Positions 11,850 to 23,186 of a stretch of 43,520 bases of DNA are shown here, piece by piece. The notes under the pieces were generated by a model. It was not told where the DNA came from. It searched no databases and saw only the letters and a list, made by a program, of their open reading frames with translations. The DNA comes from Chiloscyllium plagiosum (Eukaryota), in contig NC_057711.1 of NCBI RefSeq assembly GCF_004010195.1, positions 80,404,180-80,447,699 on the forward strand. The letters run 5' to 3'. A program made the translations under genes and the position numbers. Numbering within the stretch: position 1 is the first letter of the stretch; every line of letters begins with the position of its first letter.

Positions 11850-14095
11850 TGGTTGCATCAAAATGTAGAATGTTGGGTATGATTTCCCACCTCTGCATTC
11901 TGAAACTGACCCTTATCACCTGCGGAAGAATTCACTCACAAAATGGACCTAGGACTTCATTAACAAATGGAAAGCAACGTATTACCTCAGCATTTTTATT
12001 ACTATACCAAAGTAAGGTCAGAAACTAAGTTTATTTTTCGGAATCGGATCTTGATGATTTGAACCCAAATGAAGGCTTTGACAGATTTGTTAACTATCAT
12101 GGTTAAAATCTATCAAAAAGGGAATCTAATAACTGGCTTCTGAGGCATGGTCAGATTTTCACAAATTTAGAAAGACTGAGGACAATGCACTGGATGAGTA
12201 TACAATCGAATTCAGCAGGTTGTGCAAGATTACAGAAGCGTAAGTTAGAAATTCCTCATTGTTGATGTTTGTTACTGGACTGCACCAGAGTATCAGGTAT
12301 TAGCACACTTCTAGCTTTGACAGGAGTTATATTTACAGATAAGTGTGCTTTACTAGAACAAATCTCAGAATAATAAATAATTCTTAGAAAGCAATCTTTC
12401 CTAGCAGCATTCATGGAACAAAGGAGCAAATGGTCCTCTAACAGAAAATGCAGGACAAAATGTTAAGAAATTGCCAAAAAAAGTCTAGATATAAATCATA
12501 GACAAAAGTATGACATTAGAATGATAACTCATAGAAATGAGGACAGAAATGCGATTGATAATTTTGAGAACCTAAGAGAATTTAGGATTTACAATGAGCC
12601 ATGTAGCCCAGAAAGGCTAATAATATAGTCATTTGATGTTTCAAGTGTGATTCAAAGTATCATTATAATACGAATTGTCCCAAATCAAAAATAAAATGAA
12701 GGATTTGAAGGAAGAAAATTGAGAGGGCATTATATTAATCACAAGATATCTTGTCCCAGAGATGAATGTATTGGTCGCAGAATCTTTCAATAGTGCAAAA
12801 ATTCACATCTACTGTTTGGGGAATAAACAGACTAAAATGCTACCTTGATTTTCTGAGTAAAAAGGATTTGAACAAAGTAAAGGAATTCAAAGTTTCCAGC
12901 AGTTTCAGAATTGGGAATGGAAACATGCTAAAATCTTTGAAAACAGTGGTATACCTTGTACAATAGCCAGAATCAATCATTTTCTTGGCACAGATGAAAT
13001 CCAGTGAAATATTCTTGTTCTTAAGCAGACCATTGAAGAAGAAAGCACAGATTAAAATGGAAATGGAAAATGACAAAACTATTTCATTTGGAAAACTTGT
13101 GTATTTGCAATTTATATAACTGTGACACTATGGTATTCCTTTAATGGAACATTGCCTATCCACTAAAGGAATTAAAGAGATTTTATTGAGATCAAAGGTT
13201 AGAAATTTAAAAGGCCAGAAATGTCAATTGCATTAAAATTGCAAAGGCATTTTACTCATCCAACTTCTGAAAGATTAATATTTTTAATAACAGATTTCAA
13301 AATTAGGAATGGGGAGTGTGGTATGTTCAAAGGACAACATCACAGATTATAGCAAGTCTGCCTTTAGCGAGAAATTTCAATGAGGTAACGATCATGGATT
13401 TAAAGATATGGAATAAAGGGAAAACCATTTTCAGTGTGCATTTTGTAGATTTGGCTATTGGATTTTGTCAGATACCAACAATAACGTTGTAAATATAAGG
13501 ACATAATTTTTAAAACGACAATGGAAAAGTGGATAGGGACCAGACTTGGACTACTGGCAAAATGTTTTGACAGTTCAGCGAAACTGTAATTTATCAGCTG
13601 TAATACGCAGGCTGTACATGCTAAGAATTTGTTGAAATTGTGGGAGGATACAGTCTATATCAATTAATTTTGGTAGGAATCCTACAGTTCTATCAGTAAT
13701 AAGTTGATCACATTCCAGCTTTGGAAGAAGCTACAGTTATTTTTATGTTTTCAGAGCACTGTACTGAATGCACTGCATGCAGGCAGAAAGGCATTCTCTA
13801 AAACCAAAACTCAAGAAAGAATTTAGTGAACCTTAAATTATAAGATAAGGTCATCAGAATCAAATTTCAACCTAGGAGATATGGTTTACTATAAGAAAGT
13901 GGGAGTTAAAAAACAGAGATACCAGGAAGGTTATTGGTAAAGAAAGAAAAATAATATTGTACAGCATATGAACCAATCCATTTGGGTACGCAGTGTAAAA
14001 TTGCTTTGCATGGACTACAAATTTGCAGATTCTGAAACAGATATAATGAATAGTGAGAAACCAAGTATTTCTCATAAATAAATGTTGTGTAGTTA
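11850..14095 (+). mobile_element. Degenerate LTR retrotransposon gag-protease-integrase, probably Ty1/Copia GalEa-type
   Basis: Gag YDFPPL..AWSDFHKF..EYTIEF; zinc knuckle CFKCDSKYHYNTNC (~12637-12678); protease region ESFNSA..TSTVWG..SFRIGNG; integrase LARNFNEVTIMDLK..HFVDLA..EKWIG directly after the protease. Confidence 0.7.
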
Positions 14096-14097
14096 TG

Positions 14098-14226
14098 AGG
14101 AGAAAGTGAGGTCTGCAGATGCTGGAGATCAAAGTTGAAACTTTATTGCTGGAACAGCACAGCAGGTCAGGCAGCATCCAGGGAACAGGAGATTCGACGT
14201 TTCGGGCACAGGCCCTTCTTCAGGAA
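14098..14226 (-). mobile_element. Single-arm Penelope-like terminal repeat (family A), young
   Basis: Nearly identical to the left arm at 22973-23087. Confidence 0.9.
14191..14226 (-). ncRNA. Minimal type I hammerhead ribozyme motif (intact core)
   Basis: UUC-CUGAAGA-A-GGGC(CUGU)GCCC-GAAAC-GUC-GAA. Confidence 0.78.
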
Positions 14227-14346
14227 ATTTATTAATGTAAATTAAATTACTGAATATTGCTAAGATCGGAGGATTTGAGCTAAAGGGAGAGGCTGTATAG
14301 GCTGGGGCTATTTTCCCTGAAGTATCAGAGGCTGAGGGGTGACCTT
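14223..14346 (+). repeat. Exact 124-bp copy of 10925-11048
   Basis: Base-by-base identical by eye; includes unique flank plus the 5' junction of the CR1 at 10968. Confidence 0.95.
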
Positions 14347-14409
14347 GAGGATCAAACTAAGGCAATTGACAGTTTTCTGATGGTGGATATTCAGTTCTGA
14401 TGGTCAATA

Positions 14410-15945
14410 AAGAGGTTTACAGCATAAAAAAGGTCCTGCGGCCCACCGACTGCACTGATTAAAAAAAAATCACCACCTAATTTTTCAAAACTCACTTTCC
14501 TGCACTTGGCTGCACATACCTTGGCATTGCAAGTGTAAATCTAAATAATGCTTAAATGTTATAAAGATTTCTGCCTCTATCACCCTTACGGCAATGAGTT
14601 TCAAATTCCCACTACCATCTGGGAGAAAACATTTTCCTTCCATCCCCTCTGAACCTCCTATAATGTAGTGAACATACTGATCAAACCTACTACATTCAAG
14701 TTTAAATCATTTGTATATACCACAAGCAGCAATAGCCCCCAACATTGAACACAGCCCCCACACAGCCTGGATAGAGGCTTCCAGTCACAAAAATGCCTTT
14801 CTGCCATTATCCTCTGCTTTCTACCACTCAACCAATTTGGATCCAATTAGCCAAATTTTCTCCAATTCCTTGGGTTCTTACATTCCTATCAGTCTTATCA
14901 AAAGCCATAATGAAGTCCAAGTTGACTAACTGGCCTGTAGTTTCCTGGTTTATACCTTGCTCCCTTATTAAATAATGACATTACATTGGCTGTCCTCCTG
15001 TCCTTTGGTCCGTCTCCTGTGGCCAGAGAGGAATTGAAGACTTTTGCCAGCGTCCTGTTATTTATTTCCCTTACCTCACTCAACAGCCTGTGATACAGTT
15101 GATATGGCTCTGGAGAGCTAGCTACTTTTAAGCCTGCAAGACCACTCAGAACTGAGCCAAGAGAATGTTGGAGTAAGATTCTTCAGACATACTCATCCGG
15201 TCCATCCATTTCCTTTTTCCCCTCTCATTTTTCTTCTTTTTTGAGTTTTATTTTTCTTGTTCCCTCTTCTTTCTGCGCCCAGCCCCCAACTCCTGCCTCA
15301 GACTCAGTGCAGACATGGTGAGGCAGCCTCCTGGCATGGTGAAGTGGACCTTCAACTTGACATGGCGGACTCTCAGCCTGACATTGCAGTCTCTCAGTGG
15401 CCCAGTGTGGTGGTCATTCGGCAGTACGTGGCAGTCTCACCGCCTGGCAATACCTCATTATGGACTTCTGGTCACAAGGCGATTCCTCGAAGTATGGTCC
15501 CACTATGGTTAAGCATTTAACAAAAACTGTAGTGTTTGAACTTTCAACTTCATTTTTTAATTTTCTACTTAAAACTAAGAAGGTTTGCAATGTGTAACTT
15601 TTAACCTTCCTTGTTGTGTTCTATTATCCTTATGCACTTTGTATGGTGTTATCTGCCTGTACTGCACATAAAACAAAATTCTTTGCTGTTTCTAGGTACA
15701 TGTGACAATAATAAATAAAATTAAAAGAAGATTCTATACCCAAATCATTACTATATCTATTGAACATTGACACAAAGTATGTATTTTGAACCCAACATAT
15801 GTGTTCTGGCTCCATGCACAAATCACCACTGTGATTTTTAATGGGTCCTACTCTTTCCTTAGTTGTCATTTTATCCTGAAAGTACTTATAAAATAACTTA
15901 GGATTTTCCTTTATTTTACCTGCCATTACTCTTTCATGACCTTTT
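14410..15945 (-). mobile_element. Internally deleted CR1 LINE pieces (14410-15150, 15730-15945)
   Basis: ANVMSLFNKGARYKPGNYRPVS; NWLSGRKQRI; IKENPKLFYKY...KERVGPIK. Confidence 0.8.
15160..15726 (+). mobile_element. Non-coding element with a Rex1/Babar-type 3' tail
   Basis: Tail atctgcctgtactgc...ggtacatgtgacaataataaa matches the 3' end of the Rex1/Babar copy at 31740-31821; pyrimidine tract and GC-rich body. Confidence 0.6.
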
Positions 15946-16429
15946 ATGTGTTGAGCCATAGTCGCCAGGTCTGCCTTTAATGTTGAGAATTGTTGCTGTC
16001 TAATTAGTGTTTTAGCAGGTGGTAGGATAGGAAGCTCCATATCATTGAAGTAAGATGTGCAATTACTAAGATCATTAGGAAGCAACCAGCCCCTGAAAAT
16101 ACAACTCACCATTACCTAGTGAGAATCTTGTCTCAAAGGCAAGAACTTAGTTAGAAGATGCATTAAGTTGCTGCCAAAGTAGAAATTGGTTTTGCTAGAC
16201 TTCTCACATGATCCTGTCACATTTCTCACCATAGCTCATAGCTCAGGCCCCTATGGGATTCCACCTCATGATCTTCTGTTCATGCCTTCTGACCATTACA
16301 AATGCTTTGAAGAGATCTCATTATCTCATGCAGCAAAACTTCTTCAATGGCTGGGAACTTGCCAAGGCAAAGCTTTTCATTCCTCTTGATGTGAAAATAG
16401 TTACTTGCAAGTGAAAGTGGTTGAAAACA

Positions 16430-17090
16430 GCAGTTTTCTGAGTACATTCTGAATGCAGTTTTGGATGTATTAATGTCTGCGTATGCTGTCTGGCTCTTGT
16501 GCTGCTCTGGAAGAGTACACAAACACTATGAGATAGTCAAGTGATCCTGGAAGCAATCATGGACAATTTACTTGTATATGAGTGTGTAGAAATATGATGA
16601 AATCAACCATCGCAGACCCTGATCAGAATCTAGCAAAACTGTGAGGTTGAGCTCAATTAAGGTCCCTCAGCATGAACAAAAGAAAAATGGAATTAAAAGT
16701 GACCAAATTTAATTATGTGTCATGTACTGGCAACAAAACGATCTGGCATGAACATGATAAGATTAAAACTATAATAGAAATACAGAAACCAAGAGATATG
16801 ACAGCAGTTCAATAATGTATTTTATTTGTGAACTACCTTGCAAAATTCCTGCCGAATTTGTCACCAAGAGTGTGAACCTCTTTACATGCTCACTGCAAAT
16901 GAAGTGCAGTTGTAATGGGGCACAGAACAAGAAGCAGCATTCACTTGTCTTAAGTAAGCAATGATGACAATGTCAATGCTGAGGTACTTTATTGAAGTAA
17001 TGAAGACATCTTGCATTGCCAGCAAGATACAACTTGGAACAACTCTCATGCAACAAGGACAATCAGTTATGTTTGCAACTAGGGTATTTT
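16430..17090 (+). mobile_element. Degenerate Ty3/Gypsy RT-RNase H relic
   Basis: IMDNLLVY, KIKTIIEIQKP, VNYLAKFLPNLS, WGTEQEAAF, LGTTLMQQGQSVMFATR. Confidence 0.8.
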
Positions 17091-17723
17091 GGCATAGGGG
17101 AAGGCATTTTGCAAGGAAGGAATATCATGTCAGGGATGAACAGATACCAGAAAAGTAGCCAATGAAAACACATTTGTATTCCACTAAAAGACCTACAAAT
17201 TTCAAAGATCATGAACAGAATGGTGTACAGGGACAATCAAAAATGGGGATAGCTGGAATGAACAGTTTTAGTTCATGAGTAATCATTTTCTTTCTATGTC
17301 ATGTAAATCTGCAAGATTTAATATGCGTAGTTCTCTTTTTGTGTAAAGGGGAGATTTGGAGAAATACACTAACACTGTGATTTGCCACAGTCATGTGACC
17401 TCTGATATAATTGCCTTCAGTTTAAAGGCAGATGCCTTTAAAGCCTGCACATGGAACAGTTTTAGTGATGGTCCGAACATGAGGTCATCTCAGAGTTGAA
17501 AAGATGCTAAGGCCACACACAAACTGTTTCAGCCTCAACTTGTTGCCAGGAAGGGCAATGAGGTCTGTCAATAGAGCACGGTTTTTATGGTGGGGGCCAA
17601 AGTAAATGGTTTCTATTTTACTGTTTAATTGGAGGGAATTTCTATTTTCCCAGTAAAAATTCTGAAAAGGTAATGCCATAATTTAGAAACAGTGGAGCAC
17701 TGAAGAGTGGTAATGTAGACACA

Positions 17724-18990
17724 GAGTCATAGAGATGTACAGCACAGAAACAGACCCTTTGGTCCAACTTATCCATGCCAACCAGATATCCTAAATTAAT
17801 CTAATCCTGTTTGTCAGTATTTGGTCCATATCCTTCTAATTCCTTCATATTCATACACCCATCCAAATGCCTTTTAAATGTAGTAATTGTACCAACCTCC
17901 ACCACTTTCTCTGGCAGCTCATTCCATACATGCACCACACTCTGCATGAAAAAAGTTGTCCCTTAGGTCCCTTTAAATCTTACCCCTCTCATCCTAAACT
18001 TATGCCCTCTAGTTCCAGACTCCCCCAACCCAGGGAAAAGACTTTGTCTATTTACGCTATTCTTTCTCCTTATGGTGTTATAAACCTCAATAAGGTCACC
18101 CTCTCAGCCTCCAATGCTCCAGGGAAAACAGCCCCAGCCTATTCAGCCTCTCCCTGTAGCTCAAATCCTCCAACCCTGGCCACATCCTTGTAAATATTTT
18201 CTGAACCCTTTCAAGTTTCACAACATCCTTCCAATAGGAGAGAGACCAGAATGGCGTACAATATTCCAAAAGTGGCCGAACCAATATCCTGTACAGCTGC
18301 AACATGACCTCCCAACTCCTATACTCAATGCTCTGACCAATAAAGGAAAACATACTAAAGACCTTCTTCACTATCCTATCTACTAGAGACTCCACTTTCA
18401 AGGAACTATGAACCTCCACTCCAAGGTCTCTTCAGCAACACTCCCATGTGTGGGAAATTGTATTTCACTAATTTGATTGATTAATTTTTTTGAAGAAGTA
18501 ACAAACAGGATTGATGAGGGCAGAGCGGTGGATATGATCGGTATGGGCTTCAGTAAAGCTTTCAACAAAATTCCTCATGGTAGACTGGTTAGCAAGGTTA
18601 GATCACATGGAATACAGGGAGAGCTAACCATTTGAATACAGAACTGGCTCAAGGTAGAAGTCAAAGGGTGATGCTGCTTTTCAGACTGGAGGCCTGTGAC
18701 CAGCACAGGGATCCATGCTGGGTCCCCTGCTTTTTATCATATGTTTTATATATATATAATTTATATATATAAATGACTTGGATGTGAGCTTTAGAGGTAT
18801 AATTAGTAAGTTTGCAAATGGCACCAAAATTGGAGGTGTAGTGGACAGCGAAGAAGGTTACCTCAGAGTACAGCAGGATCTTGATCAGATGGACCAATGG
18901 GCTAAAGGGTGGCAGATGGACTTTAATTTAAATAGATGTGAGGTGCTGCATTTTGGAAAGGCAAATCAGGACAGGACTTATAACACTTAG
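17724..18990 (-). mobile_element. CR1/HER1 LINE with an inverted 5' segment (17724-18445 minus, 18446-18990 plus)
   Basis: The plus piece ends ...GKANQDRTY.TL; the minus piece starts GSVAE.DLGV.VHS, which is nearly contiguous in the element. Confidence 0.85.
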
Positions 18991-19039
18991 TGTGTCTACC
19001 ACCCGCACCTAAGTAAAATGTACCTGCAATTTTTATTAA

Positions 19040-19420
19040 TTACTTTGCTGAAGGGCAGAATGCAGGTGAGAAATAAAATGAGGACAAAGGAATGATCCTT
19101 GGGTCCACTAGAGGTAATGGTGTGAGAATGAGAAAAAGAACCATTGCAAGTGAAACTCTGGCTACAATCAGATTAGAACTGAACCATGCATGTGCATTCC
19201 TAACTAGCTGACTAAAAGTGGGAAAGCATTAGTGGAGGGCAATGTGGTCAATCATGTCAAACAGTTTGAGAAGGAAAGAGAGTTAAGTTTTGTCATCGTC
19301 ACATAAGATGCCATCTGTGACTTTAGCAGCTTTTATGTTGGCACAGTGGAAGGGCAGAAATGTGATTGTCAGATTCAATGATTGAGTTCTGGGAAAGAGC
19401 ACAGATTTCAGAGGTAAGGT
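19040..19420 (-). mobile_element. Possible ancient L2-type LINE RT remnant
   Basis: Degenerate WF.S.L...ITS.GP.GS.L.P-like motif. Confidence 0.35.
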
Positions 19421-19464
19421 AGAGATGTCAATCTTACCATATAAACAGAACAGGACAATGTAGA

Positions 19465-19715
19465 CACCATCACCTCCAAGCTCCCCTCCAAATCAAACTT
19501 ATCCTGACTTATAAATTCATCACTTTTCCTTCATTTCCATTGGTTTAAGCTTCTCCAACACCATAACTAAAATAACATGGGTGTATCTTTGCCATATTGA
19601 CTATGGAGGTTTAAGATAGCTCACCAAACCTTTCAAGGGCAATTTGGGAGTTACAATGAATGCTAGTCTTGTCAGTGATGTCCACATCTCAGATATGAAC
19701 ATTACAAAAAATATA
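19465..19715 (+). mobile_element. 3' UTR of the second CR1-like family
   Basis: agctcacc..cctttcaagggcaatt...gaatgctagtcttgtcagtgatgtccacatc. Confidence 0.65.
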
Positions 19716-20095
19716 TATCTTTGGTCATAGAATGTTATTGCGTCAGTTGAATTAATTCTAAATTGTATTGTTAAAAATACTGTTAATTTTAACTGTACTG
19801 GAAAAGCTTGGATAGATCCTGGCCACCATTTATCCTGAGTCAACTTAGCTAACTAAAGATTATGGCCTAGGCATTCAACGTCTCATTAGTTTTTGAGGAC
19901 TTTGTTGTGCACCAATTGACTTCTGCATTTTCAAGATATTCCATTGGTAGTTGAATGGATTTGCAGTAGTCTGAGGACATGAAAGCTACTATATAAATGC
20001 AAATTGTTTCATGATAATAACTATAGGATTTTGTTCCCTCACCTCAACTTCTCAACAAAAATATTAAGTATGACCTTATTAAATATATAATATTA

Positions 20096-20905
20096 ATGGA
20101 ATTTAGTATAGATAAGTGTGAGGTGTTGCATTTTGGAAAGTCAAATCAGGGTAGGAATTTAATGGTGAATGGGACAGCCTTAATGAATGTAGTGGAACAG
20201 AGTGACCTTGGAGTTCAGGTGCATGGTTCTCTGAAAGTGGAACCAAAGTTAGATAGGGCAATGAAGAAGCCTCTTGGCATATTGGCCTTCATCAGTCAGG
20301 GCATTGAGTATAGAAGTTGAGAAGTTGTGTTGCAGTTGCACACAATGTTAGTGAGGCCGCACTTGGTGTATTGTGTTCAGTTTTGGTCACTTTATTATAG
20401 GAAATATGTTATTAAACTGGAAAGAGTACAGAAGAAAGGATTTTTTCCAAGGCTTAAGGGACTAAGTTCTAGGGAGAGGTTGGGCAAGCTGGGACTTCTT
20501 TCTTCAGAGTGTAGAAGACAGAAAGGGGATCCTATAGAAGTGTATAAGATTATGAAAAGCATGAATAGAGTGAATGCACTCAGTCTTTTCCCCAGGGTTG
20601 GGGAATCAAGGTCTAGAGGGCATCAGTTTAAGGTTAGAGGGGAAAGAGTAAAAGGGAACCCTGGGGGCAACATTTTTACACAGAGGGTGGTATGCAAATG
20701 GAATGAGCTGCCAGTGGAAGTGGTTGAGGCGGATACATTAACAATATTTAAAAGGCATTTGGACCAATACATGGATAGGAAAGGTTTAGAAAGATATAGG
20801 CCAAGTAGGGAAATGGGGTTAACGTGGATGGACACTTTGGTCAGTATGGACCAGTTTGGGCTGAAGAGCCTGTGTCTGCGGTGGAGGATTCTCTACTCTC
20901 TATGA
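20096..20905 (+). mobile_element. 5'-truncated CR1/HER1 LINE
   Basis: ORFs 20096..20320 and 20327..20905. TSD-like tatgacctt at 20069-20077 and 20901-20909, plus an AT-rich filler. Confidence 0.92.
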
Positions 20906-21506
20906 CCTTTATAATCCCTTGGTATCTGGATGTAAATTGGCATTGACACTTTTTGAATTCAAACAAAGGAATACTTTTCAAACAAGATGACTAAGTTGTA
21001 GTAAGAAACTACTATGAAAATATTTCTGCTTTGCCTTAGTTAAACGCAGATGTCGACAGAACATTTTTTTTAAAATGTCCTGATACCATTAAGACCATAA
21101 GACCATAAGACCATAGGAGCGGAAGTAAGGCCATTCGGCCCATCGAGTCCACTCCGCCATTCAATCATGGCTGATGGGCATTTCAACTCCACTTACCCGC
21201 ATTCTCCCCATAGCCCTTAATTCCTTGTGACATCAAGAATTTATCAATCTCTGCCTTGAAGACATTTAGCGTCCCAGCCTCCACTGCACTCTGCGACAAT
21301 GAATTCCACAGGCCCACCACTCTCTGGCTGAAGAAATGTCTCCGCATTTCTGTTCTGAATTTACCCCCTCTAATTCTAGGGCTGTGTCCACGGATCCTAG
21401 TCTCCTCGCCTATCAGAAACAATTTCCTAGCGTCCACCCTCTCCAAGCCATGTATTACCTTGTAAGTTTCTATTAGATCTCCCCTTAATCTTCTAAACTC
21501 CAATGA

Positions 21507-21681
21507 AGAGAAAGTGAGGTCTGCAGATGCTGGAGATCAGAGCTGAAAATGTGTTGCTGGAAAAGCGCAGCAGGTCAGGCAGCATCCAGGGAACAGGAGA
21601 ATCGACGTTTCGTCCTGAAGAAGGGCTTATGCCCGAAACGTCGATTCTCCTGTCCCCTGGATGCTGCCTGACCTGCTGCGC
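21507..21681. mobile_element. Palindromic Penelope-like insertion (family A) running into the gap; intact hammerhead core at 21613-21644 (+)
   Basis: Inverted arms; UC-CUGAAGA-A-GGGC(UUAU)GCCC-GAAAC-GUC-GA. Confidence 0.85.
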
Positions 21682-21868
21682 NNNNNNNNNNNNNNNNNNN
21701 NNNNNNNNNNNNNNNNNNNNNNNNNNNNNNNNNNNNNNNNNNNNNNNNNNNNNNNNNNNNNNNNNNNNNNNNNNNNNNNNNNNNNNNNNNNNNNNNNNNN
21801 NNNNNNNNNNNNNNNNNNNNNNNNNNNNNNNNNNNNNNNNNNNNNNNNNNNNNNNNNNNNNNNNNNNN
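21682..21868. other. Assembly gap (187 N)
   Basis: Run of N. Confidence 1.
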
Positions 21869-22972
21869 CATCTAACTTTGTATCATCGGCAAACTTCGCT
21901 AGAATGCCCCAGTCCCTTCATCCAGATCATTAATATACAACGTGAACAGCTGCGGCCCCAACACTGAACCCTGCGGGACACCGCTTGTCACCGGCTGCCA
22001 TTCTGAAAAAGAACCTTTTATCCCAACTCTCTGCCTTCTGTCAGACAGCCAATCCTCAATCCATACCAGTAGCTCACCTTGAACACCATGGGCCCTCACC
22101 TTGCTCAGCAGCCTCCCGTGTGACACCTTATCAAAGGTTTTTTGGAAGTCTAGGTAGACCACATCCACTAGGTTTCCCCGGTCTAACCTACTTGTCACCT
22201 CTTCAAAGAACTAAAGCAAATAACATTTCTGATCATTGGGGAAAAAGCAAATTATTTTGCAATCATTAATCACTAATTTAAAAATGTTATTGCAAACTTT
22301 TCTTAACTAGCTGTTCTGTTCATTCAATTCCAACAGCTTCAAGATAGCTGTTAATAAATGCTGTGCTCTCTATGTAAAGAAATAAAAAATAATTTTTTGC
22401 ACTACTTATCATTTTAATCCATCCAAACAAGCTTTCTGCCATTCACAGTAAACAGTAAATCTATTGTATCAATTTCAGAAACTGCCTCAACTAAAATAAG
22501 TAACTTCAGTGTCAATTCCAAAAGCAAAAGTTGATTTTCATCCTCTTCAATTATTGTAATAAACATGAATATTTTCCACACTGCTTATCAAGTACATTGT
22601 ATCAGTGGAATTATGATTAAATCTGATGGCCTCTTCAATTTGGCAGTTCTTTACATCATCTGCTAAATCCAAATGGAATGAAAATATATTACATCATTCC
22701 GATATGAAAATCAGATTCAAAGTGCGAACAATAAGCCTGGATCATTCTTGTGTATCATTAGCATCATGAATGTCACAAAATATTTTAAATGCTGGAAATC
22801 TACATTTTGGGCTCTGGCACCTGTATTATTATGTGCTAAGTCTCTCCAGGATCAGTTGTAAATTGCATTTGAAAGTGAACTAAGAAAGCTGTAAACCATG
22901 GGGCTGTGTAACATTGCATCCCTTTTTCAGTGAATAACAGAGAATGATGTTAATGAAGCTATCATCCTATAA

Positions 22973-23186
22973 GGAGAAAGTGAGTCTGCAGATGCTGGAG
23001 ATCAAAGTTGAAACTTTATTGCTGGAACAGCACAGCAGGTCAGGCAGCATCCAGGAAACAGGAGATTCGACGTTTCGGGCACAGGCCAAAGAATCCTGAA
23101 GAAGGGCCTGTGCCCGAAACGTCGAATCTCCTGTTCCCTGGATGCTGCCTGACCTGCTGTGCTGTTCCAGCAATAAAGTTTCAACT
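22973..23186. mobile_element. Young palindromic Penelope-like insertion (family A)
   Basis: Near-perfect inverted arms. Exact TSD ctatcatcctataa at 22959-22972 and 23185-23198. Confidence 0.92.
23091..23128 (+). ncRNA. Minimal type I hammerhead ribozyme motif (intact core)
   Basis: GAAUC-CUGAAGA-A-GGGC(CUGU)GCCC-GAAAC-GUC-GAAUC; palindromic ACGU stem III and a GUC cleavage triplet. Confidence 0.78.

Larger units (their letters stand above)
21090..22210 (-). mobile_element. Young CR1 LINE 3' portion, containing a PLE insertion and an assembly gap
   Basis: [15 protein letters not shown]...[26 protein letters not shown]; (aagaccat)n tail. Confidence 0.95.

Noticed and set aside
21682..21868. 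ORFs spanning the N run
   Set aside because: Assembly gap, probably caused by the palindrome within a young CR1.
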